Shown: piece by piece, positions 11,229 to 23,600 of the stretch
Numbering within the stretch: position 1 is the first letter of the stretch
How the letters are laid out: each line of letters starts with the position of its first letter
From: Massalongia carnosa
Lineage: Eukaryota
Assembly (NCBI GenBank): GCA_965645245.1
Contig: OZ287082.1
Span: 1,364,001 to 1,428,000, forward strand
Direction of reading: 5' to 3'
DNA length: 64,000 bases
Notes under the pieces: generated by a model
What the model saw: the letters and a program-made list of their open reading frames with translations, nothing else
What the model was told of the DNA's origin: nothing
The model's database searches: none
Made by a program: the position numbers and the translations under genes

Positions 11229-14195
11229 TTATATCAACAGCTGCACCACCTCTGCATGACCTTTCGATGATGCCCCCTGCAGCGCGTTGCCATACTCTCC
11301 GCCTTGCGCGTTCATGTCCGCTCCGCTGTTCAACAGCAATTGTACGATTTTCTCGTGACCTTCGTGCGATGCCCCCTGCAGCGGGTTGCCATAGTATCCG
11401 CATTGCGCGTTCACGTCCGCTCTGCTGTTCAACAGCAACTGCCCGATTTTCTCGTAACATTCGTGCGATGCCGCCTGCAGCGCGGTGTCATACTCTCCGC
11501 CTTTTGCGTTCACGTCCGCTTCGTTATTAAACATAAACTGCACGATTTTCTCTGGACCTTCGTACGATGCCGCCTGTAGCGCGTTGCCATACTCTCCGCC
11601 TTGCGCGTTCACGTCCGCTCCGCTATTCAACAGCAATTGCACGATTTTCTCGTGACCTCCGTGCGATGCCGACTGCAGCGCGTTGCCAAAGAATCCGCCT
11701 TGCGCGTTCACGTCCGCTCCGCTGTTCAACAGCAACTGCACGATTTTCTCGTAACCTTCGTGCGATGCCCCCTGCAGCGCGGTGTCATACTCTCCGCCTT
11801 GCGCGTTCACGTCCGCTTCGCTGTTCAACAGCAATTGCACAATTTTCTCGTGACCTCCGTACGATGCCGCCTGCAGCGCGTTGCCAAAGAATCCGCCTTG
11901 CGCGTTCACGTCCGCTCCGCTGTTCAACAGCAATTGCACGATTTTCTCTGGACCTCCGGACGATGTCGCCTGCAGCGCGTTGCCATACTCTCCGCCTTGC
12001 GCGTTCACGTCCGCTCCGCTGTTCAACAGCAATTGCACGATTTTCTCGTGACCTTTGTGCGATGCCCCCTGCAGCGCGTTGCCATACACCCCGCCTTGCG
12101 CGTTCACGTCCGCTCCGCTGTTCAACAGGAATTGCACGATTTTCTCGTGACCTCCGTGTGATGCCGCCTGCAGCGCGTTGCCAAAGAATCCGCCTTGCGC
12201 GTTCACGTCCGCTCCGCTGTTCAACAGCAACTGCACGATTTTCTCGTGACCTCCGGACGATGCCGCCTGCAGCGCGTTGCCATAGCCTCCGCCTTGCGCG
12301 TTCACGTCCGCTCCGCTGTTCAACAGCAATTGCACGATTTTCTCGTGACCTCTGTACGATGCCGCCTGCAGCGCGCTGCCATACTCTCCGCCTTGCGCGT
12401 TCATGTCCGCTCCGCTGTTCAACAGCAATTGCACGATTTTCTCGTGACCTCCGGACGATGCCGCCTGCAGCGCGTTGCCATACTCTCCGCCTTGCGCGTT
12501 CATGTCCGCTCCGCTGTTCAACAGCAACTGCACAATTTTCTCGTGACCTCCGGACGATGCCGTCTGCAGCGCGTTGCCAAAGCGTCCGCCTTGCGCGTTC
12601 ACGTCCGCTCCGCTGTTCAACAGCAATTGCACGATTTTCTCATGACCTCCGTACGATGCCGCCTGCAGCGCGTTGCCATAGTCTCCGCCTTGCGCGTTCA
12701 CGTCTGCTCCGCTGTTCAACAACAATTGCACGATTTTCTCGTGACCTCCCGATGATGCCCCCAGCAGCGCGTTGCCAAAGAATCCGCCTTGCGCGTTCAC
12801 GTCCGCTCCGCTGTTCGACAGCAATTGCATGATTTTCTCGTGACCTCCGTACGATGCCGCCTGCAGTGCGTTGTCATAGCCTCCGCCTTGCGCGTTCACG
12901 TCCGCTCCGCTGTTCAACAGCAATTGCACGATTTTCTCGTGACCTCCGTACGATGCCGCCTGCAGCGCGTTGTCATAGCCTCCGCCTTGCGCGTTCACGT
13001 CCGCTCCGCTGTTCAACAGCAACTGCACGATTTTCTCGTGACCTCCGTACGATGCCGCCTGCAGCGCGTTGTCATAGCCTCCGCTTTGCGCGTTCATGTC
13101 CGCTCCGCTGTTCAACAGCAATTGCACGATTTTCTCGTGACCTCCGGACGATGCCACCTGCAGTGCGTTGCCATACTCTCTGCCTTGCGCGTTCATGTCC
13201 GCTCCGCTGTTCAACAGCAACTGCACGATTTTCTCGTGACCTCCGGACGATGCCGCCTGCAGCGCGTTGCCAAAGTGTCCGCCTTGCGCGTTCACGTCCG
13301 CTTCGTTGTTCAACAGCAACTGCACGATTTTCTCGTGACCTCCGTACGATGCTGCCTGCAGCGCGTTGTCATAGCCTCCGCCTTGCGCGTTCACGTCCGC
13401 TCCGCTGTTCAACAGCAATTGCACGATTTTCTCGTGACCTTCGTACGATGCCGCCTGCAGCGCGTTGCCATAGCGTCCGCCTTGCGCGTTCACGTCCGCT
13501 CCGCTGTTCAACAGCAATTGCACGATTTTCTCGTGACCTCCGGACGATGCCGCCTGCAGCGCGTTGCCATATTCTCTGCTTTGCGCGTTCATGTCCGCTC
13601 CGCTGTTCAACAGCAATTGCACGATTTTCTCGTGACCTCCGTACGATGCCGCCTGCAGCGCGTTGTCATAGCCTCCGCCTTGCGCGTTCACGTCCGCTCC
13701 GCTGTTCAACAGCAATTGCACGATTTTCTCGTAACCTCCGTACGATGCCGCCTGCAGCGCGTTGCCATAGCGTCCGCCTTTCGCGTTCACGTCCGCTCCG
13801 CTGTTCAACAGCAACTGCACGATTTTCTCGTGACCTCCGTACGATGCCGCCTGCAGCGCGTTGCCATAGCCTCCGCCTTGCGCGTTCACGTCCGCTCCGC
13901 TGTTCAACAGCAATTGCACGATTTTCTCGTGACCTCCGTACGATGCCGTCTGCAGCGCGTTGCCAAACACTCCGCCTTGCGCGTTCACGTCCGCGTCGCT
14001 GTTCAACAGCAATTGCACGATTTTCTCGTGACCTCCGGACGATGCCGCCTGCAGCGCGTTGCCAAAGTGTCCGCCTTGCGCGTTCACGTCCGCTCCGCTG
14101 TTCAACAGCAATTGCACGATTTTCTCGTGACCTCCGGACGATGCCGCCTGCAGCGCGTTGCCCAAGTGTCCGCCTTGCGCGTTCACGTCTGCCCC
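11229..14195 (-). repeat. Tandem array of 30 x 99-bp ankyrin repeat units
   Basis: Unit [33 protein letters not shown] counted 30 times in the translation. Confidence 0.95.
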
Positions 14196-17075
14196 TTCCT
14201 TCAATAAAATCATGATAATGAAAAGATGACCGTATCGACTGGCAATAAGCAGTAATGATTCATTATTGTTATTACGTGTCTCGACATCGAAAACGGCCGT
14301 TTCCCACCAATCGAATATGATATTGTTGAATCCGAACGCTGACATTGCCAGTAAAGTTAAAGAAGATGGACTAATATCATGACGAACTTTATTTACCAGA
14401 CTAGTATCAAACACCTGCATATAATTAAAATATTTCATAGTTTTATCCTTGTCTATTATTTCATGCCAACTCTTGTACGCTGGGCTGCTTTCGTTGAAGG
14501 ATCCAAGGAATTGCTTTAAAATTATCGTTAAACGAGAATCAATCCTTCCTTTATCATGATTTTTTATGTGATCTGCCCAATAGAATCTTGCGTAGCGAAT
14601 AATGTCATCGAGTTCTTTGTTTTCGTCTTGCAATTCGGTATCCCGTTTTTGCTGAACTGAATCATTCAACAAAGACAAACATACTTTCGCTATTAGAGCA
14701 TTCGCGTCATGGTATCCCCAGTATTTTTCCAGATATTCCTGAACTGATAAGTGGGAAAATCGACATATATCTAGCTTAGAATCAACGACGATTAAGTTTT
14801 GGCAAGCGTCGAGAACAAAACCGATCTCGACATCCACAGGATCGACGACGTCCGTGTTGGGATCTTGACAAACCCCAGCGACTAAAGCTTCTGGCGATAA
14901 GGGGATAACGGAATACATGATCCATTGAAATGCACGATTGGCAATTTCGGGCGCACTTCCGTCTTGAGCCTTAATTCTGCGATATATTTCGTCATATGCC
15001 GCATCAAGGTCCTTCGGAAGTTTGCCTAGTCGCTCTTCAATATCGCGTCTACGGGGCGGAAGTTTATGGAGTTGAATAATCTGCAGAGACGCCCACTGAA
15101 ACCTATTCTACTCTTAGAAAATCAATGCTAGTGGCCGACAGTTATAGAAACTTACATTCCGTCACTTTTGCTCACCAACGTCTCGGAGATGAGCTCTCTA
15201 AGTTCGGAACTTATCTTGCAATACCATTCCTTTTTATCTTTGATCTTGTCGTCAACAAACTTTGCTATGTCCTTCTCATTATCCGTTGCCCTGATTTCCA
15301 TGTTTGGTCCACCACTAAAGCGGTGTTTGATATCTAGGTCTGGCCTGCTCGAGATGAAAATTTTTACCAAGTTAGAAGACTTGCCGCTTACCAAGATGTC
15401 TAACATTTCCATGAAAGGGGCCCTCGTTTCCTTGTTGCACTCATCCAAAGCGTCCACAACTAACGTGATTTGAGGATAAATTTCAACTAGCTGACGTAGA
15501 AGATCAAAACTTTCCTCAATCTTGAGCCCTCCTGAGGCAAAGGCATTTCTCTGCTTCAAATCATAACTTTCAACGATCGGACGCCGAAGCTTATTGGTTT
15601 TTTCGACTCCTGATAGTTGTCGCACAAAGCTGCTCATGATTAATGTTGGGTCTTGACGATTAGGCTGATTGCGATCGCAATAAAAGTAAGCCAGCGCTTC
15701 GTCATTGGGTTGCTCGGCAAATGTTTTAATCAAGTCGTCGACGACTGTTGACACAAGTTTAGTTTTGCCAGCGCCAGCTAATGAACACAGTCAGTAAGAA
15801 ATGCTAGATATTGTATATACACTTACGCATTCCGTGTAGCCATAATATTGTAGATGCGCTAGACGCACGCCATTCTACATGTCGTTCATGATTCAGCAGC
15901 CACTTTCCTGTTCCTTTTGTCCATCCTTTGCGAGCAACATAGTGGATTTCCTCGTATGGAATGTCGGATACCCAAGAAAGTATTTTATTTCGCTTGTCCA
16001 CTTCATATTCATCGCTCAAAGCACTCACTCGAGGATCGACGCGCAAGATTGGACTTCTCAAGTCTTCAAATAAGCTCTTTAGCTTCATATTTGCCTCTCG
16101 ATCTTGTATGCGATCCAAATTTCTTGCCTCCGTATCTACTTGGGTTTCTAAGTCCTTACAACTCTCAACAAATTCGAGAACTTTCGAACGCAACACACTC
16201 CCCAGAGTTCGAGATACAGATCCTTTATCATATAATTTCTTCGCACAGGCGAGGAATCTTAACACAACGAGATACAAGGCTGTCAACGCCGTTGTCAAGT
16301 TCTCCATAGCAAGTGTGGACGGTCCGGATACCTCAGAAGAAAGGTAAAGGAGTTCATATACTGTGCACCGATTGATAAGTTGCGTCACCTTCTCTCCCCC
16401 AACAAGTAAAGCTGCCATCAACTCGCTTTCTCCCACCGCCATCTTTTTCAGAGTTAGATCTTTTCAAGATCATGTCAAAGGAAGATCCAATCTCACCTGA
16501 AGCAAAAACCTAACTCCCGCCCATGGCAACGCAGCATGAACAGGATCAAAATTTACCGCGACGTCTCCAATTTCCTTGAATTTGTTGAGCCCAAAGATAA
16601 TTTTCTCCGCTAAATCGCGAAGTATGATTTCTCGGCCTTGGAAACAGAATTTCCATTGCTTTTCGCGGCATTCATCTCGTTTCTGCTGAACAACACCGTG
16701 TAATTGTTCCACGATCTCTAGTTTTGAATTCAAGGATGTCTGTTGAACAGCCGCTCTGTCTTCTGATGATAGTTTCTGCAGCGTTATGTCCCAGAGACTA
16801 CTCCGAACATTCAGAACTTGCGCACCCGCTGAAGAAGATGTTTTGATCGATCTCGCCTCTTCAGTTGAATTCGGAACCGATCCGGAGCCCGTGTTCACCT
16901 TGACAGCTGATGTCGGAATAGAGGCAGAATCAGGTTTCGTTGATTGTGATGTGGAAGATCCTTGCACTGAAATTCCACTAGAGTCCTGTTTTGCCTTATT
17001 AGCCTTGTGACTAAACAAGGACCTCAATCGCTCCCGTTTCCTTTCACGCGAAGAGCTTTCCATCGAATCCTGCAT
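11229..17075 (-). CDS. Fungal NLR-like STAND protein: N-terminal helical domain + NACHT NTPase + 30 highly conserved ankyrin repeats, ~1896 aa, 4 exons
   Basis: Exons 17075-16497, 16442-15827, 15777-15156 and 15102-11229 are joined by GT-AG introns of 54, 49 and 53 bp and give one open frame. Splicing restores Walker A LWLHGMPGAGKT. Also present: Walker [25 protein letters not shown] and N-terminal [11 protein letters not shown]. Confidence 0.92.
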
Positions 17076-18969
17076 CAAATAATGATAGTCGTAGACTAAG
17101 GTATTGCGCTGGCAACAGTAGACTCATCAAAACAATGCTGAGGTGTACTGGTGGTCAAGAGAGAGTAAAATTTCTCCATGACAGGTGGGCGCAGCTTGCT
17201 GCTTTCTTAGCACTGATTGGTCCAGCACGTTTCACCGGATGCATCTAGGCGGCGTAGTCCAGACATGTCATCGCCAATGATTTTCGAGGTCGTCGTTGGT
17301 AGATAAGATAAGGCTGCATGTTGTTGCGCATGAAAGATCATCTTTACAATAAGGATTCTTCACAAGAGCATAATCGAGTTAAACGGGAACGAAGACATTT
17401 TATGTTATCAGCACTCCATCAAGTCCATCAAGTCCATAGAATAACTAGTACTAATGATTCAACTTATCCGATTATGCATAACGTGATTCTAACGCTGCTT
17501 GACGTGGAAGTCGACTTGTCGAATAACGATGTTCACGCACTAAGCATTCGCTCACTTTGTGTCACAACTTTCACGTTCTGTGCGCGACAGCTCAATATCA
17601 AAAGAATGCATTCTGCTTTTAAAATCTGTTAACCGATTAGACCACACTAATTGGTAGGTGGCCTGCCAATATCACCACTAATAGAAGTGTCACTCGGTTA
17701 GCAAGTGTTGCACTTAGTGAATGGCTGGCTACCGAGTACACACAAAGGTGATGGGATAAGATAAAATAGATATTTAGCTAGAGATGATTTCTATCATCAA
17801 CAACCATCCTAGATAAACCAGATCAATTTATCAAATCCAAAACGAGTCTCCTTTAGAACGTAAACCTACCTAACAAATAAGCTGGAAAGCTTACACATAT
17901 CTAAGCGATAACCAGCTTGATAAAATCTATTATGCTTTATGCTTACGTACATTGCACTTACTCCACGAGGTTCGAATCGTGATTACAGAGTACTACCTCT
18001 TGCTTTGGCATTATTCTTGTCATCATAATCGTCCGTTCTATGTATTGTCTCTTGATCCATCACTGGGTCATGAGCAAGGTGTTCCTTTAGTCCCAACTTC
18101 GCGCCAAGGAACCCAAGCTTCAGCAGATCGTTGTCGATAATCTCCTGCTTGTGGGCCTTCATTTTGTTAATCCTAATTCACGAGATATGTTTGGAGCGGG
18201 TAGAACGCGGAGTATATAAACTTGCGACGCGAGTTAGTACAGTAAGCATCAGGACCGATTGATGTTGAGCCGACATGATCATTCAAGACGGAATCTATCG
18301 CATTCGCGTGAGAATTGCTCATGAATGAGTTCTCCGACGGCTCCGAGAAATTACAGAAGCAATGGGTTGAAATAATTACTGATTACATTTGGGGCTCTCA
18401 GAGCAACAGCTTCTTGAGGGTCATTTTGTCATGGGACTTCATCCTTGCCATCGATGGCTCGATTGGGTCCGTTTCACAGATTGAAGGAAAGAGGGTCCAG
18501 TCGCTGGCAGCGTAACAGTAGGATAGCAGGCTTCTCTCGGTCTCGTTGAAGCGGAAAGCCTTTTTGCGTGGTGTCAGAGCGCGGATATGGGCGGAACTGC
18601 CGTCAACGTGATTATTGCTACAGGTGTAGTGGGTGGAGGAGTTACCGCGCTCGTGATAGCGGCGGTAGTAGGATAAAGTGGGACCTCGGATGTAGACGGG
18701 CTTATGAAAAAGTTTAGAGAGGTATATAAAAGGGGAAATCTCAGAGACGTCCGAGGGCGTAGCTCGATAGAATAGATAAAGAAATGATAGCTGCGGGCCT
18801 TGTGAAGATCTTCAAGTTTGATGATGAAGTATGAGGGGAAATACATGGGAGAAGGTGGTTCTTGTGAGCGCATAATGCAGCGAGCCCTGATGTCCTTCGG
18901 ATGCTTTCCCCATTCAGCCACCAATCCCCGGAAGAACAATTAAGGAACTGCTCCCGCTAAACTGGCGGT

Positions 18970-20656
18970 TTGCTGTGCAAATGGCCTCTTTAGCCGCTTC
19001 CCTCAGGGCCATATATTCGGCCTCGCAGGTGGATAGGGCGACGGTGGGTTGGAGCTTGGAACAGTGAGAAATCGGGGCGCCTGCTAATAAGAATTTATAG
19101 GCCCCTGTCGATCTTCTCCCATCTTTCGTTCCAGCATAGTCGGAGTCCGAGTACCCCACAATGTCATCCTCAGTGTCTTTTCTAAATACGAAGCCTGTAT
19201 CTAGGGTACTGGAGATATAGCGCATAATGCGCTGAAGATATTTGCAGTGTAATGGGCCTGGGTTCGAACAATATCGACTCAGTACTCCCACTGTATAAGC
19301 GATGTCGGGGCGAGTATGCATGGCTGGCCACATCAGCGGGCCTACTACCGATTGATAACAGGTAATTGTTTTCTTGTCGTCCTGGTCTTCCGACGACATG
19401 AGTGTCTTTCCGGCACCGAGGTCCATGGGGGTAGATATAGGCCTGCAGTCGAGCATATCAAATAGCTGCAGTACCTTCAGATATGTTGTTTGAAGGAGAG
19501 TTATGATCGATTTTTCGGTGTTAACCTTCACCTCAATTCCCAAATAATGGAAGACTTCTCCCAAGTCCGTCATGCGGAAACGGGACTTCAATTCGTGTTG
19601 CAATTGCTGCAATTTCGAAGTATCTTTTCCGAAGATGAGAAGGTCGTCAACGTAAATCGCTATAAACATATGATCCGAAACAAACACTCCATGATCCGAA
19701 TATGTTCGTTTAAAACACATCTTTTGCAGAAAATCCTACAGGGTCTAGTACCATACACGAGGGGATTGTTGTTGATGTTAGCCTGTGTTAGCCTAACTAG
19801 ATTGTGGTCAGGAAGTTGGTGACTGCGATTGCCCAATTAAGCTAGCTTGCATTTTAAGAGTTCAGGTAAAATCTCTGCAGATAGTAAAAAATGAACTATC
19901 CCTTCCAAATATTCGTATCATGCACCAAGGTGATCAATTCTCCCTCCAATAATTGTTTTAGGCCATATAGGGCCTTTCGTAGCAAGTAGACCTTGTTCTC
20001 CCATTTTTCGAACAAGGTAGGTTGTATGACATATATGGCTTCATCTAGGAAGCCATACAGGAAAGCAGTCACCACATCCATGTGATAAATGGACAGTCCC
20101 TTCTTTACACTGATTCCCATCAGTGTCTTATAAGAGTCTAGTTTTATCACTGTAGCAAAGGTGTCAAGGTAGTCCAGGCCTTCCTTTTGTTTATAACCAT
20201 GAACTACCCTTCTCGCTTTGTACTTCAGTACTTTTCTATCTCTGTCTTTCTTTATTTTGAACATCTAGCGACCGGTGATCACCTTTCGATCAGTCGGTGC
20301 CCTTTTGTCAACCTTTCTGACCAATCACATGGATTCAGGAAGGATGAAAAGACTGTATTCTGTATGTGGGAAATGCCCACATCTAGCTACCTATATAGAA
20401 GGGAAAAGGGGTCATGGCGGCAACGATATCAACCCCGGCAAATTGAGGGTAAAGGTGGGAAAGAAATGGCGTAGTCTTAGCGGCATCTGCCGCGACAGGG
20501 GGTCGAGGATCGGCGATGAGAATCGACCGCATTCAGGTTTGACACCTTTCTAGTGTCCAAGTTTCGTTCTTCACTAGCGATTGATACTCGGTCTCCATGG
20601 CCTTTCTGCATTGATCTCAGTGGGGTGAGGACATAGCCTCTTTCAGTGTCAGAGGT
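18970..20656 (-). mobile_element. Ty1/Copia remnant (RT-RNase H), interrupted by a solo LTR and truncated by a younger Copia
   Basis: YKARRVVHG, HMDVVTAFL, LYGLKQ|SPRVWY, IYVDDLL, GYSDSDYAG, ALSTCEAEY. Confidence 0.88.
19770..19951 (+). mobile_element. Solo LTR (TG...TA)
   Basis: TSD ATTGT (19765-19769 / 19952-19956). Removing it restores host RT motif LYGLKQSPRVWY. Its 3' ~55 bp are nearly identical to the LTR at 27168-27353. Confidence 0.9.
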
Positions 20657-23600
20657 TATCAAGCTGTATGGGCTAATGTGGAATATGGGTGAAAAGGAGT
20701 GGTGTGTATTGATCTATGGGAGGTCTAGGCTAGCTAACTGAGGGATATCTCATAGGGGTTCGTGGGTCATGTGACCCATGGCGGGTCATGTGACCCCTAA
20801 TCGCCTGACACACCCCCCCAGCTTTGACCAAAGCTGCCATGACCGAAAAACCTATATTAGGTGAAAATTTCCATGTTTTACTTTGATTTCTAGTGATTTT
20901 GGCCGATTCAATTTGTGGCCGTATTTCCCTTCTTCTGATTGGCCAATTTCTTCTGATTGTTGACCAGGTCCATGGCATTGACTAGCCCTAATAGCTTGAC
21001 GAAATGTTGATGCTTTTGAGGAGGTAGGATCTTGGTTAAACCATCTGCGACCATCTGATTGGTCGGCACATAGTCAACACATAATTCCCCCCTTTGCACA
21101 GATTGCCTAAGCCAGCATTGGGCGACGTCTATATGCCTCAATTTAGTGTCAGTTTTTCCCATTTCGGAGGTTAAAATGCGAATTGTCTGTAGGTTATCGT
21201 TATAGATAACTATATCTTGATCCGGGTTAAATTGTAGCTTTTCAAATAGATGTATCCACCATATGAGCTCTTTACCCGCATGAAGCATAGACAATAACTC
21301 TGCCTCAGTGGTTGACGTGGTCACGGTCAGTTGCTTCCTAGCGGCCCAGTCAATCATCCCACCAAATAGCTTGAATGTATAGCCCTCGGAGCTTTTCCTA
21401 TCTGGGTTATTTGCATAGGATGCATCAGCCGTTGCCTCAAAAACCTGCTTATTAGCCGGAACCGGTCCATGATTTGCCATAGTAGTGATTTCACCGCCCC
21501 CTTTGGCCGAGTACTGGATTCCCAGATATTTCGTCCCATATAGATAACGTAGGCAATGGTCTGCAGCCCTCATATGACTAGGTCCCGGGTTGGTAAGATA
21601 TTCAGCTAATTTTGAAGCTGATTTTGCTATATCTGGCCGAGTCATAATAGCTGGGTAGCATATTGATCCAACTTTCTTCCTATATAGATGCATTCTGGCC
21701 GGATCCACCTCCCCCTCATATGGCGCCAGTTCTTCATTGAATATGGGCGTTAGAGGTGTTTTAGCCTCCGACTTTTCATCTATGTCATACTCCTTGGCTA
21801 ATTTGTTCATATAGGAGTCCTGAATCAAGTGGATCGTCTTTTCTTCTATGTTATGAATGACCCGTACGCCTAGAAAATAGGTTAATGGACCCATATCCCG
21901 TATTTCGATCATCTTCATGAAACGTTGCACATATTCCTCGACTTCGGCTTCTTTTTCGGGCCGATACGCCATTACTATGTCGTCCACATAGAAGAATAGT
22001 ATGATTCCCTCCGTATAGAATAGGCATGGTTCGCCTGGCACCTGTTTTAAACCTAGTTCTATGCATTTGCCTATTAGCATTCGTAGCCATAGAAGGGGTG
22101 ATTTTCTTTGACCATATAGCGCTTTTTTCACTTTTAGCACATTCTTTCTAAGCTTAAAACCATCAGGCAAAAAGCAGTAAATAGGCTCGTCATTGTGAGC
22201 GTTTAGAAAGGCGTTAATAGCGTCCAACTGCCTCGTTTTCAGCCTGAATGCAGCAACTAATGCCATTAATGCCCTAAACACCTTGAAGGCTAATGTAGCT
22301 GCATAAACATCTTGAGCATTATCTTGCTGTAGGTCACCTCTAACCACTAGACGTGCTTTGAACTTTGCCAAATAGCCGTCCGAATCAGTCTTATAGGTGA
22401 AAACCCATTTGAGGGGCAATATTGGCTGTATAGCCTCATCTTGATCAACTATTTCCCATGTTTCTTTGTGGAAAAGTGCCTCCCATTCAACGTTAGCTGC
22501 TTTCATGAAGTCATCTGCATAGGGATGCCTTAGCAGAGCTCGCCAATGAGATGGGGGGTCGGGCAAATCATCAGTTCGGAGCTGATTAGTCATTCTCGCC
22601 GTCCCCGCCATAAACGCTGTATGAAATTGAGGGAATTTCGACATTTCTTCTGCTGACCAAGCTCCATTTGCAGCGTATCTAGGGTTTGGTTTCCTAGTAC
22701 GTTTTCCCTCTATAACGTTTGCCTCATTTATCCCATCGCTCCTTTTTCCTGATGATTGCTCTATTTCCGTCACATTGAGGGGCGTTCGGCCCGTTTGCGG
22801 GAGTTGTGGAGGGTCAATTGTTGATGCCCTCACCTTTTTGGCCCTTCTTTTATCTATGGAGACATTAGGGCTGATATCTGGTTCAGGTGTTTCTATTGGC
22901 GTTTCCAGTTGCATGGGCGTTGATGAGGGAGTTATTTTCTCCTGTATTTCGTCCTGACTAGGTGAGTTATCTTCTATGGTCAATTGCTCTATACGCTTAT
23001 TGACTGATAAGTCTAGCCATTCTTCTTCCTCACTATCTATCTCCTGAAATGCGAGGCGTGGTTCAACTACATGAAACTCTATAAAGCTCGCTTTTTCAGT
23101 CTCCTTTAGCAATAGCTCCTTATTCGACGTATAGGCGCTATAAAGCTCATCTTCGTTGAATATGACGTCTCTATAACCGCTGACATATCCCTTTTCTGGA
23201 TTCCATATCCTGAAGATATTGGTTGAATCATAGCCAACCAAATAGCCAACAAATGCCCTAGGTTTCAACTTATTGCTTTTGGGAGGAGCATCGGCCCCTT
23301 TTAGCAATGAATACGCCTTGCAACCAAACACTTTTAGATGAGCCAGCTCGTATCTGACTGATTGACCCGGATTGGTCAGTTTCTGCAATTTGACCAATGG
23401 GGAGTCCCATTCCAGAGCTTTATTAGGGGTTCGATTCATCAGATGGGCTGCAGCTAAATAGCACTCCGGATACAGGTCTTCTGGCATTTTTGCATATTCC
23501 CTGATGCATCGAGCTTTTTCAGTTAATAGGGCTCCGAAACGCTCCGAAACGCCATTTTGCTCAGGGGTATTCTTTGCTGACCATGACCATTCTATGCCTT

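Noticed and set aside
11229..14195. CRISPR-like appearance of conserved repeats with variable segments
   Set aside because: The units are contiguous in-frame coding repeats without unique spacers, the context is eukaryotic and there are no cas genes.
11102..14215. Long plus-strand ORFs (421, 453, 472 aa) with repeating peptides
   Set aside because: They are antisense shadows of the stop-poor 99-bp ankyrin repeat, with no independent evidence of coding.
16860..17075. Possible amyloid signalling motif at the NLR N-terminus (VNTGSG)
   Set aside because: Only a short partial resemblance within Ser-rich low-complexity sequence, and no adjacent HeLo/HET/gasdermin effector gene was found.
17300..18960. 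Short ORFs and a possible LTR upstream of the NLR
   Set aside because: No recognisable motifs and no matching TSD or termini were found.
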